A stretch of DNA of 64,000 nucleotides, taken from assembly GCA_043228905.1 (NCBI GenBank), contig JBHGNT010000002.1, positions 7,316,001 through 7,380,000 of the forward strand, written 5' to 3'. The notes under the pieces are model-generated. The model was not told where the DNA came from and did not search any database. It saw only the letters and a program-made list of their open reading frames with translations. The translations under genes were made by a program, and so were the position numbers. Of the stretch, positions 36,901 to 49,026 are shown piece after piece (positions within the stretch are counted from its first letter, which is position 1; each line of letters begins with the position of its first letter). The stretch comes from Azolla caroliniana. Lineage: Eukaryota > Plantae > Polypodiophyta.

Positions 36901-38564
36901 GCGGCAGGTGGACTCGATAGGGTTTAGCAACAGTGGTAGCAACTAACCCACAGTACTCAACTAGAGATGGCCTACGTGATGTGGCAAAGGATCATGCATA
37001 ATGGACCTAGGAATTCGATATATAATTTATGGTACACATTTATGGTGCACACATCAATTTATGTTGCACATTTATGGCACTCATTTACATATGTAATTAA
37101 AACACTCTAGTATTTTCAATGGTAGTTTTTTGCATACTTAATTTATTAATGATGGCTTTTTACTAAAATGACTATTTATCAATGGTAGCTTTTTGCATAG
37201 CTAATTAGCTATGTCAAGGACATAGCTAATTGTTTCCACTCGCATGCTTTCACCCTGAGAGACTTATACTCTAGGCATGGCCAGTTCCAGCTAGCCGTGG
37301 AGAGTAGAGACATCACGACGATGCGAAGCCCTCTCGACCTAGTTCGGATGTGTACCCTGCCGCAAGGAGGAACCAATTTGGTGGCGCACATGGTGAATGC
37401 GATAAACAAGGTGCTGAGGACTACATCCCGGACATCACCATGCCATTCCTGGAGGACATTTCGATGAAGGGATGTCCAAAGGACGTGAGGGACGAGTCAA
37501 TTGGGGCAGACGGATGCCGAAGGTTTGTCACGGACCACATCTCCAACTACGAGAGGATACTACAGAGGCTTATGGGCGCTCGACTTTCCTTCTTCGGGGA
37601 CAAGTCGGCTTTCAGGAAATCGGAGATACTGGTGGTCGGTCACCTGTGCAGACCATACAGATGGAAATCGTCTCCGTCGAAGGTAGAGGCCATCTCGATG
37701 ATGAAGGAAGAGTGCTGATTGGTCATGGAAGTCCAACGGTTCCTGGGAGCATGGTTGTTAGGTACGATACTGATACCATACGTATTTAACGTATTAATAC
37801 GGGTATAGTACCTCCCAATTTTAAAATACGTTAAATACGTTTTTTAGTATGTTAAATACCTATAAAATACATAAAATATGTATAGTACGTTAAATATGTT
37901 AAATACTTCTAGAATTTGAAATTTATTTACTTTCTTAAAAAATATTTGTAATATTGTAATATTGTAACCGTGTATATGCAATGTAACGAAGCATTCCATG
38001 GCTGTAGTTGCATCTTAAAAGTACTAAAGGGCAAATCGAGCAAATATGAGAATCAAAAGGATACAAATCAACAAATCAAATAGATATTTGTTAGGTAAAA
38101 AAAAACCCAAACTTGTTGGGCATTTACAACAACAGCCAAGGCCACGAAGCAAAAACTGTATATCCCTCACATGATTGAGGGAATTCACATGATGAGTCAT
38201 GACAAGCTAAAATTCAACAAAAAAAATCGTACTTTTGACAAAAACAACAATTTGACAAGAAGTGCAACATACCTATTGAAGAAAAGACCACATCTTTTGA
38301 TTTGGAAAAAACCTTCAGAACACATAACATCAAATATTTGAGATACACTTACATTGCATTTTGTCAAAGAAATAGAATGCATTGTAGGAACAAAATTTAG
38401 AAAAAAACCTTAACAACACATAACATCAGATATTTGACTTCTAAGAACACATAACTTGAACTATGTCCAAGACTCCAATGTATCAAAATGGGCTTAGATC
38501 AAAGAAAAGTAACATATGGATATTGAGCTTAGTAATAATGTATAGAAATAAGAAATATTAGTCA

Positions 38565-41275
38565 TTAGATCTCGTCCTCATCACAATCACCATCTTCATC
38601 ATCAGATTCAGTGTTAGTTGATGACATCAACATAGGTTCTTCGTCAGTAAGATCATCATAATTTGTATGAATTGCTTCTTCTATTCCATTGACATTATCT
38701 TGATCATTTGGTGGTAAAGAAGCAAATGTACTTGATCTTGTTATTCTCCTATTACAAGAAGACCGCTCATCATCTCTTCTTGGCCTCTGCCTCCGTATTC
38801 GATCAATAGGGACTCCATCGCTTGATGTTGTCGTATGTGATATTGTCATGCTCCTTGTCCTTCTTCTCATGCTCATTGTTTCTTGAAAATAAGTTTTAGG
38901 AGTCTTAGATGGAATAGATGGAATATCAGGAGTCTTAGAGACATCTATCTCATTTGGATTCACCTGCAAACAAGTTTATAAAAGCTTAACGAAATTTGAG
39001 GAATGTAAATTATAAGAAGTGAATAAAACAATACCTGCATTGGAGATGCATTCACAGTCTCAAACTTGCGAACTAGCCTTAAGTTCTCTCACACATATAC
39101 CAATCGTTCAAGTTGTGCTACCTTTAGTCTGTTTCTATTTTTTGTATGTGCGAGAGCATGTGCATTCCAATTCCTTTCTGCTGCCCCAGAAGAGCAATCC
39201 TAATAGAAAACAAAATATGAAATAAAAGGTAGTACACAAAAGTGCAGTATTTTAGAACTTAACTATAAAATTGATCATTTTTTCAAAACTTGACACTTAC
39301 TTGGGATAATATGCGGACAGCTAATGCTTGGAGCTTTGGAGTTCTTCCACCAAAATTTTCCCACCATGTGACTGGCATCATCATAGATATCTCTTCACGT
39401 GCTAATGCATAGCTAAATGTCCCTGTACCATTTCGATATTCATGCAATTCACGAAATAAGATATCACATTCAAGTGTCGAGTACAATTTTTCTATATAGC
39501 TCATCCATGCATCCATTAACTCGGGGTTAATAAATGTAGCCTCCTCTCTCCACATCGGATGCAACAAATGAGCTACAAGGTAGATCGGCCTCTTGAACCA
39601 TTTCCATCGTATGTCAAATAACTTCAAAACATCTTCGTACCTAAAAGGGTATTAGTAATTACAAAATGATCTGATCTTAAAACATGAGAAAACATTTGGA
39701 GGTTTAATGCTAGGAAACCATAAAAAATTAAAATAAATATGAAATTTACTTGGATTTGTGGGGGATGTTTTCTTCCACTCCTTTTGCTAAAACATCTTTG
39801 CTTCTTCGCATAAACTCATATAACAAACCAATAGTGGATCCCTCCCTATCAGTAAGTTGTAAAACACTATACAATGGTGCCATTAGGGTCAAAACAACTT
39901 GAAACGAGAACTCAGTTGTAGGATCAAGGATGTAGTTCTTTACATTCATGGCATCTGGCTTATTGCAATCTGACCAAGACCTCCACATGTCACTCACCAC
40001 TGTTTGCTCAAGAGGATACCAAACTTTGAGCAAACGTTGTATGACAAGGTACATCACACCAAACCTTGTCTTAGAAGGTCTCAAGATGGCGAGGTTACTG
40101 TGAGCAGAAAAAATTTTCCTAGCATTCCTCTTCTTGCAAAAAAAAAGTACGATATTATTTGCTTTCAACATAATACTTTTCATCCAAGGCAGCTGACCAA
40201 TGTCCTCCAAAAGTGGATCCAAAGAATGGGTTGCACATGGAGTTCAAACAATATTAGGGAACTCTGATTCTAGCAAAGACCCCATGTGGACACAACTAGA
40301 TGCATTGTCTGAAATGACTTGGACCACATTTTCCTTACCAACTTCTCTAATTGCCTCTGAAATTCTTTCAGCTAACCAAGAGCTATCAACTGTTGGTGTT
40401 GTATTAGCATGACTACAATCAATGGACTTGAGGAACATTGTCCCATAACAAGATGATACGAGGACATTTACAAGTTGCCTATGAGAAACATCAACCCATC
40501 CATCTGTTAATATAGAACAACCATACTTGGGCCATAATCCTTTTACCCTTTCTAACTTTGCTTGCAAGGATATAACCTCATTTTTCAAGCCTTTCGTCCT
40601 CATGTAATTATATGTGACTCCATTATGTTTCTCTCCAATTGTAGAGAAAGCTTCTAACATGTTCCGCCAACATGGTGTTTTTAATAGATTAAATGACAAA
40701 TTTGCTTCAATGATACATCTCACCTCTATAACGTTTGCATGTTGTTTCCTTTGCATTTGTAACACATGTCCTTTACGCAACGGTTGTTGTTTCACTATAA
40801 TTGTTGGTGGATATGGTTGGCGACTACCACCACCCATACATGACATGCTTTGACTTTCATCAACAAAGGTAGACGAGCATGAGGTAGAAACACCTAAAAG
40901 AAAAAAAAAATCAAGATAAATAATTTACAATTATTTAAACATTAGTAATCAAGACACCTATTGTAGGCTTGTGTCTATACCTTGTTCAGGCATGTTGAAT
41001 GAGTCGATCTCTGCTACTATATCTTTTTCTTCGCCAATTGCTTGGCTTCCACAATTACCATACAAAGTTGTAAGGTCAATCAACATTTCCTTGGGGACAT
41101 TGGTACATTTCGTTACTCCATGGCTAGGTTTTCCAATTAAATGAGCAATCATTCGTGTTGCTGACCCCTGCATATGTTTGTTGCAAAATTTACAGTTCCA
41201 ACTCCTATTTCCTGTTTGACTTCTTACGACATTGAGGCAACATGTATCCCAATATTTGTTCTTAATGGGCGGCAT
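38565..41275 (-). pseudogene. hAT transposase (BED finger, DUF659-type core, dimerisation domain) with a nonsense mutation
   Basis: WNCKFC...AHL...C (BED finger), CSILTDGW, QVISDNAS, TPCATHSL, KTRFG, WWENFG..TPKLQALAVRILSQ. An in-frame TGA at 40244-40246 replaces the expected Trp (NIV*TPC). Confidence 0.9.
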
Positions 41276-41659
41276 TTTCCTTCTTTATTTTCTACAAATC
41301 AATAAAATTGAGATATTGAAAATGGAAAATAATGCACAAAAACAGGAGCAAGATTATATGAATGCATTAAAGCAAATCGAAGAACTGAAAACTTTGAATA
41401 GATCAACCTTCAGGGAGGATGAGGATTATACTACTTTAAATAAGCAACTACAGGATACTCAAGAGTATCTTTTATTCATAGAAAGCAAATACAAGAAAAT
41501 GTTACAATTAAGGACATGTATAAAAACAGAAAATTCAACTCTTTTGGAAGCTAAAAAGGAAGCAAAAATTACCATAACTTAACTAAAGAGCCTTAATGCT
41601 TAACGTAATAACGACATGCATAAAAGCAAAAAATTCAACAAGTTTGGAAGCCAAAAGGT

Positions 41660-42090
41660 AAGTAGAATTTGGTCAAGAAATCCATCTTGAAGATGTACAG
41701 AAAGGGTTCGATGAAGATCTATTTATTCATAGTGCTTTGCTAGATATGTATGTCAAATGTGGATCTATAGTGGAAGTGCAAAATGTTTTCAACCGAATGT
41801 CCAACCGAGATGTGGTATTATGGACAACATTGATTGCATGATATGTTGAGCATGGACCCGTTAAGGATGCACTGAAAAGCTTTGAAAAGATACAAGATGA
41901 GGGGATACTTATTACTACCAAACACTTTCACCTTTTCTTGTGTCTTAAAGGAATGCTCTCATTGGAGGGTTTGTTGAGTATAGAACTACCGAGAAAGCAT
42001 TAGATTCTTTCGATAAAATGCAAGTTGATGGAATCTTTCCGGATGCATATACATTGCCCATGTCCTAAAAGTGTGCGGTTTATTAGGGCC
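41660..42090 (+). pseudogene. captured PLS-class PPR gene fragment inside the hAT element
   Basis: GQEIHL...GFDEDLFIHSALLDMYVKCGSIVEVQNVFNRMSNRDVVLWTTLIA*YVEHG..KDALKSFEKIQDEG, with a further degenerate repeat after it (FDKMQVDGIFPDAYT). Confidence 0.85.
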
Positions 42091-43373
42091 TACAGATAAC
42101 GGACAATCCATGTATATGGAGGCTGTATTGAAAGGGTTCTAGCAAGTGCACATTTATTCATACCCATCACATTCAAAAGCAGACAACCAAAACCATGATA
42201 TTCCAAAAAATGAGTAGTTGTTAACAAAAATAAATATGCATTGCAAATGATAAAAAATGGGACATCATTAAAAAAGGACCAAGCACTTTTCCCATGACAC
42301 GAAATTGAGATCTTCAATGTTTCTGGAAACCAATGTCATTTATAGTAACATGGAAAGTAAATTAGAATGATCAATTTCTGAAATGAATTCAAATGGGATA
42401 CAACCACTAAAATCAATAAGCAAAGGATTAGCTAATGCTACAAATTGTGAAAGATTTTGAACACATTGTCTACATGTATACATACATGTTTGAGTTTCAA
42501 CACATGGTTCCTATAATATTTGATCTCAACACTTGCAAAGAGGAGAGTTTTATTGCATGACGTCAATTACAATTGTCTACCAATTTGTTACTTGTATAGA
42601 TGCATTATTGTGGAATAGATAGATTGTTGGACACAAGCTACGTAAACTAGATCAACTAAAAATTAAATCTCCCTTGTCATTTGGTATTACCATACAACTT
42701 GACATTGGAATACAACAAAATGGGAGGTATACTTAATCATAAAAAATAAAAGAAAGAAACATATTCACTAACCTGATTTTATTTTCTTCTTCTTCTTCTT
42801 CTTCTTCTTGTTCTTGTTGTTGTTGTTGTTCTTATTGTGCTTCTTCTTCTTCTTCTTCTTCTTCTTCTTCTTCTGCTTTTTCTGTTTCTTCTTCTTCTTC
42901 TTCTTCTTCTTCTAAGTCTATTCTATCCGTCTTTCTTCCTTCCTTCTATTTTACTAAAGTTGTTCTTTTCTTTTGCTTTCTTTAGGGTTTTACTCACATT
43001 TTCTATAAATACGTACTATACATATTTTTTTAAAGGTACGTTAAATACCGTATTAGACGAATGTATATGACATTTGAATGAACAACTTTGACGTATGGTA
43101 CGTACTATACAAATAAGAAGGTATTATACGTATTGATACGTTAAATACGCGTACGTAAACAACGTTGCCTCGGAGTGTGCGCCTTCTACCACGTTTGGAT
43201 TCCGCACTACGTGCACATCGCTGAGCCGCTCTATGGCTTGCTGAAGAAAGGCTGGAAATTCGAATGGAGTGACGAGCACATAGAGGCGGTTCGAATACTG
43301 AAGGAGATGCTAACGGCGACACCGGCTCTCCGGAAAGCGAAGTACAAGGCGGGCACTCCGGTTTACGTGACGG

Positions 43374-43652
43374 TGTTGTGCATCCCCGTGTCCTTACCTC
43401 TATTCTATTCCCATTTACGTGTGTGTATCCAAGTACGTGAGCCTAAGAGCTCATCGCCATTATCCGGTAACTGGTCTGGAACAATATTCGATTTTGAGCC
43501 TGTGTGCTCATCATCCAACATCCCAACATCAATCCGGAGAGGATACGAGTCCGGTTTCCGTTACAGACAACCTTCCTCTCACACCGGCTCCTTGGTCCGG
43601 GTTCCCGGTGGTCCCGCTCCGTTCCGACACATAATCACGGAAAACCGTGACA
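43374..43652 (+). repeat. gypsy 3' LTR (279 bp)
   Basis: Colinear with 25462-25740, roughly 15% diverged by eye; abuts pol directly with no PPT. Confidence 0.88.
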
Positions 43653-44159
43653 CCGCGTTTACTGAGATAATAATAATATTTTACTTCCAGATAGCTTCAA
43701 TATGATAATGAGATTTGAACAAAGGAATCTCACTTAGTGGCATAACACATAAAGGATTTTGATGCCGTCATTTAACGTTTGAAGGACCAAAATATGTGGT
43801 TACAACTTGAGATGCATGTTGTGACACGTGCACATTTCCTAGGTTTTGGTGGACTCTCACATAATCGTCAATATAAGTGCGATAAGGGGCACATGTTTAT
43901 ACATCGATATATGTGGAACAGTTTCTGTGAAGAGATTCACCTAGAATCAATGACATGGTACAAAATTATACAGTTTATGGTGTTAAGTATCTGTCATATA
44001 CATATAACACTTTGTCATTTCTGTGCACCTCATGGACGAACTTCTATAAAAAATGGAGTTTTGCCTCCCATCGATGTCATTAGACTCAAGTTCGAACCAA
44101 CGAATACCCGGTTGGTGGCAAATTGGGTGAAAGTGGTTGTCAAGCACCTCTGAGCTACT

Positions 44160-47100
44160 ACCTTGCTTAACTTTACTAATATAGTACTTAATCTCTCTTT
44201 CTCCCTCTCTCTCTCCCTCTCTCTCTCTCTTGCTTTACGCTCTTTACACATAGACAAAGATGTAAAGACAAAGAAGATATATTATTATTAACACGGTGGC
44301 TTCTTAATATAAGGAGGTTTAGAACCATACAAGAGGGAGAGGTTACGGTTTGGCTTACTTTGCTCTTAACCTTAATCTCTCTAAATTCTAATGACGGATT
44401 AGAGAGAGATAAGAGGAGCTCTAAGTACGCTAATGGAAAGGAGAAATCCTAAGAATGGAGAAGAGTTGCAAAAGACACCAAAAGGTGGCTTTTATTGCTT
44501 TTTACAAGGCAAATATTTCCTTTTCACACTAGGTTGCCCATTGGTTTACATTGCTTCCTATTTAGTTTGTTTTATTAAGCTTTCTTTTCCTATGGTTAGT
44601 TGAGCTTGTTGTCCTCCGTTGGGGTCACAATCTCCGTAAATGGTGTACCAAGTGCCAGATACATAACATCCCACCAACCTAATGAGTGCACACTACCGGG
44701 TGCACCACACTAGGTGTGTGTTGTGAGCGAAGATGGTTGATGTGAAGGAAGTGGGTTGGGGGTGAGGAGGATAGAATATAGTGGATTGGGTGGGTGCACG
44801 AACATTGTGGATGTGGGTAAGGTCGGATGTGTTGGATGTTGATGGGGGGAGTCGGATATCTTGCATTTTGTTCGTGGTTGTGAAAAACTACTTGAATTTG
44901 CTAGTAAACAAGTTCGAGGTACACCATACTTGGTGAAGAGGGAAGGTGGCGTTTTACTATTTAATTAACATAGGCACATGTGAAACACGTGTCAAGCATG
45001 GTTTCAAAATCCCATTTGTAGGATGCAACGAAGACGATGACATGAATCCATAAACCAACGAGTTGCCGCTTGGTTGGTCCTTTACTTAAGTCAAATGCTA
45101 GTCCTCATGATGGATGGTTATGTTGTCGGAACTCATGTGAGTTTAACGAAGGTGATGGGGGTAATAGATGGAGGTGACTATGGAGGCGAGGATGGCACAA
45201 TGTTAGTGGGAGGTGTGGGAATGTTTATGATGGGTTCGTTGGAGTCAAGGGGGTGGGGAAGACTAGGAGATGAGGTGGATTTGGGGTGGTGGGGACGAGG
45301 GTGGGGGGGGGGGGGGGGGGGGAATATAGTGAGGGATGGTGAGGTATGAAGGTATGTACAAGGTGAGGAAATGGATTAGGGGAGTGAGGGTGGGGGATAG
45401 GTGTATGTACAAATGTACGTGTTGTGTTGGCTGATGAAGCTTGTGCAATGGAACCCAAATCCAAGTTCATTGTACGAGGACCTTCAAGTTGGGGTTTGAG
45501 TACTCACTTGGTGGATGTTTTACACTATATCATTGTAGGGTGTCTTCCCATTTCTTTGTTAGGTCTGGTTGTGTGGGGATCCTTAAATCTTGCGTGTACA
45601 CGGAAGTGGGTATTCACCATTGGCTGGTTATTGTAGTGTGGAAGATTTGTGTTCCAGGAACCCAAATTTGTGAGGTGGAGTGGTACTATCTACATAAGTG
45701 ATGGTTATAAGGTGGGTTAATATGGGATGTCGTTGATACACGACACAGGCTTGCCATATTCATTGCAACATCGGGTCCTAATCGAATAAATAGTATCAAT
45801 GGTGGCCAGAACATGTACCAAACTCATATTAGAGGAGATGGTGGACACGGTGTCGTGAAGGACATGTATCCATTGGTCAAGGTTGCGGTCGTGATTATGG
45901 TCTCTTGTCGAGACGGTGATCATGGGACCATCTCATGTAGGTTGGTATGTGAGAAGGTTTGTTGCAAACTCCGTCGTTCGTCATTTTTGAGAGATCGTCC
46001 ATCAACGATCTTCCTTCTCGTTCATGCACTTTTTGGGTATATACATGTACCCAAAAGGTCTTATTCATGTATAAACATGACCAATCAGCTTACTCGAAGG
46101 GAGGGTCACCCTAGTAAACACTCATTAGCGACTTGGTTGGTAGGCCTTCTAACAATGAAGATGAGTGAAAACTGGACTCCATACATCGTGAATTTATGGG
46201 TTGGTACCATACCTTTGGATCATTATATAGACCCATCTGTCATGTGTAGCTTGACATCGGATGGGAGCATTTCGGCAAACAATCATAGCTAATTATACTT
46301 ACACCAATTCACGTGTCCATTATGGCAAGAGTAGTTATGTTATTAACATATATAGGAAAGGTGAACCTTGTGTTGTCACTCTCAAAACGTGCTCCGAATG
46401 TATCAATTTGGAGATCGTCATCTTGTTGGTGGACGACATCAATATTGAGCGGGCTTGAGAGGATGGGTTCCCGATTACCAACTGAGGGTTCACCATTTAG
46501 TCATAAGAGAATGTCATGCCAAGGCTTAGGTTGAGTTTTAATAATTCTTCTAGAGTTAGCTCAACCTTTTTAGATAGAATAGATGGTTAAAAATCTGAGT
46601 TGATTTTTATGAAGGTATTCATTGTGTCATATACTTCTCACAATGTGAGTTGCACCTTGAGTGCTAATATTCATTGCAATAATTCTACATTGTCCTCTTT
46701 TTTGCTAGTTGTAAGGAAAGACTTGGGTGCACTATTGAGGATGTGGTGTTCGACGAATACTTCATTTTGTTGGGGAGGAATGTTGACTTAGTTGTTGAGT
46801 TGACTGAATTTCAAGCTTGGCTTGTGCCACCTAAGTGTTGGGTGCATTAGTGAGGGTGTGGGGTTCGACAAAGACTTTGTTTTGGTGGGGAGGAATGTTG
46901 ACCCAATCGTTGAGCTAGCTGAAATTGAACCTCGACATGTTGGGTAGCATTTTTTCCTCTTCTTGATGGAGTCGCTTAATGTACTCTTCTACCCCTTGGT
47001 TTTTCTTCAATGGGGTTTAGGTAAGCGACAACGTGTGGGGGTAAATCTTTCATCGCATTATTGATAGGCACATTCCTTGCATTGTCATCTTTGAAGTGGT

Positions 47101-47785
47101 TGGGAATGGAGTCAGGTTGTGAATATTCAAACGATTCACTTCTTTTGTTTCCTCTTCCTCCGTTGGGTAGTTCGCATAACATTCGGTTGATGTTTGAGGT
47201 TGTGAGCAATTCTTAGGGTACATGTGATGACATTGGCTCTGATTGTGGATGGGAGGACTGATAATAGATTCATGAAAACTCTCTTAGTTTTCTCGATATT
47301 GTCAAGCACTAAGTTTTCTTGTCGACAGTCACAGCTCAAGGCTTCTCATTGGAACTAGGGGATAAGCTCTTGTGCTTATTGGGCAAAGGGGTTTAATGGT
47401 CGTGCATGTACATTTCTGTCTTGTTGGATGTACCTTGATCATTGTGCCATATGGTTGTAATCTTCGTGCTTAGTCAGGCACTCACTAACCATATGTGAGC
47501 CTTGGAAATTGAAGCATTGAAGTTTAGGTTGTCTTGGGCCTCCCATGTGTCCCATTGGAGGTCCACATTGCTCGCTTCGTAGGACATTGACTGGGATTTA
47601 GTCACATCGAAATCGATGGAGTCAGATAGGATCTCGTTATTAGACTCATAATCATTGTATTGGTGTTGGCTCTCATACTTGTATGGGACTACATTTTCCC
47701 CCAACCTGGGCTTGGTCATCTCTACCGTGTTTGACCTCCGCCAATAAGGTTCCAATTCAAGGGAGTGGTGGTTGTTGTGGTAGGA
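44160..47785 (-). mobile_element. heavily degraded LTR retrotransposon relic (gypsy-like)
   Basis: Aspartic protease remnant FTFPIYVNNITTLAIMDT*IGVSIIS at ~46287-46375 (minus); possible PPT and TGTAAAC LTR start near 44550. Boundaries uncertain. Confidence 0.4.
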
Positions 47786-49026
47786 TGTTGGGAAACAGGT
47801 CCCTCTGGATGGGAGGAGAACAACTGATTTGGGAAGAGAAGAAACCGAAACCGTTTCGGAAGACTATAATTGTAAATATTCTAAAATGCCTCTTGGGGGC
47901 TATACTTGTAAATAGCCAGAAAGTTGCTTTTGTTTATAAGCAACTAGGGCAAACTTTAGTAATGTGTAGTTGATCATTATTGTAAAAGTAAGAACGAGGT
48001 AGTTGCCTTTGTGACCATGAGTGAGAGAGTGAGAGTGTAACTCTGTGGTCATCTTTCAGATGAAGGAGAACTCGAGGTCATTGCCTATGAGTTCTATATT
48101 TGTACTTCCTCTCTACCATGAACCCCCGTGGTTTTTTCCCATTTCGGGTTTTCCACATAAAATATTGGTGTCTCTGTGTCTTCATGTTTTTCTGTCCGCG
48201 TACTAGTTCTTGGTTTCTGCACAAGAATACGAACACGAAACCGGTTGTGGCCAGTCGATTTCTAACAAAGTGGTATCAAAGAGATAGAAGACTCGTTTAG
48301 CGGCATGTTTAAGCTAACCAGCTCCAAGTACTCGGTGTGGAAGTCGAAGATGAGAGACATGCTCGTGTGCAAAGACCTCTGGTTGTCTGTGCAGTTCGGA
48401 GATAAAAGACCAAACAAGATCAATGTAGCGACTTGGGAAGTGTTGCATCTAACGACGGCCGCATATTATTATAAGGTTTTTTATAGGCATGAGTCTATAC
48501 AACAACTTTGGTGAAAAATCAGAAGCAGAAGTGCTATGGAAGAAGATCGAAGTCATGTTCAAAAACAGAAAAGTTGTGAACCGAGTCCCAGTATTTCGAA
48601 AAATCATGAGGCTCCGGTATCAGGATGGCTCCAGTATGGCGGAGCACATCAATGCCTTCCAAAGGATTGATGAACCAAACCACCTCTCTAGAAGTACCTT
48701 TGGCTGACGAGGTATTAGCACTGTTGTTGATAGGATCCCTTCCTGATAGTTTGGAAACGTTGGTTGTCACGTTGGGCAACGCAGGACCGGAAGGAAAACA
48801 CCTATCCCTAGAGCAGCTGAAGTCAAGCTAGCTAAATGAAGAAGCTCGCTAGAAGGACCGAGAGTCCAATACCGACCAAAAGGCCTTAGTCACAGAAGGT
48901 GACACGATTCGACGAAGAAGCCGAAATCGAAGTCCCCAGAACCGAGATAAGTTGGGGACCAGGTCGAAGTCGAGGGGGAGACCGATGTGCTTCTATTGTG
49001 GGAAGCTAGGGCACTTCCAGAAAAAC
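47786..49026 (+). mobile_element. copia element 5' part: LTR (47786-48267), tRNA-Met PBS and degenerate gag
   Basis: TGTTGG...CTAACA followed by TGGTATCAAAG; gag MFKLTSSKYSVWKSKMRDML...LLLIGSLPDS; zinc knuckle CFYCGKLGHFQKN cut off at 49026. Confidence 0.88.

Larger units (their letters stand above)
28720..37255. mobile_element. Sola2-like DNA transposon (8.5 kb, internally deleted) with two convergent genes
   Basis: 25-bp TIRs GGGTAAAAGCATGCGAGTGGAAACA / TGTTTCCACTCGCATGCTTTCACCC (1 mismatch). The 4-bp TSD TGAG is at 28716-28719 and 37256-37259; removing the element restores RT IYLVRDLYS in frame. The superfamily call rests on the remembered Sola2 hallmarks (4-bp TSD, GRG termini) and on transposase motifs. 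Confidence 0.75.
37750..43167 (-). mobile_element. hAT DNA transposon (5.4 kb)
   Basis: Ends CATGGTTGTT / AACAACGTTG; 8-bp TSD CCTGGGAG / CCTCGGAG (7/8); TACGTTAAATAC subterminal repeats at both ends. Removing it restores RT RFLGVCAFYHVWIPHY. Confidence 0.92.
25462..43652 (+). mobile_element. Ty3/gypsy LTR retrotransposon (degenerate), carrying two nested DNA transposons
   Basis: Homologous 279-bp LTRs at both ends, PBS, gag (GRFNGKDVTSYL), protease region and RT in three pieces (~28400-28719, 37260-37749, 43176-43373) that rejoin in frame once the insertions and one TSD copy are removed. Confidence 0.92.

Noticed and set aside
28720-37255. piggyBac, CACTA, PIF/Harbinger or Mutator assignment
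   Set aside because: The TSD is 4-bp TGAG (not TTAA, 3 bp or 9 bp), as fixed by in-frame restoration of the RT, and the termini are GGG...CCC.
42781-43070. Poly-Leu ORF suggesting a membrane peptide
   Set aside because: A (CTT)n microsatellite in the hAT subterminal or 5' UTR region.
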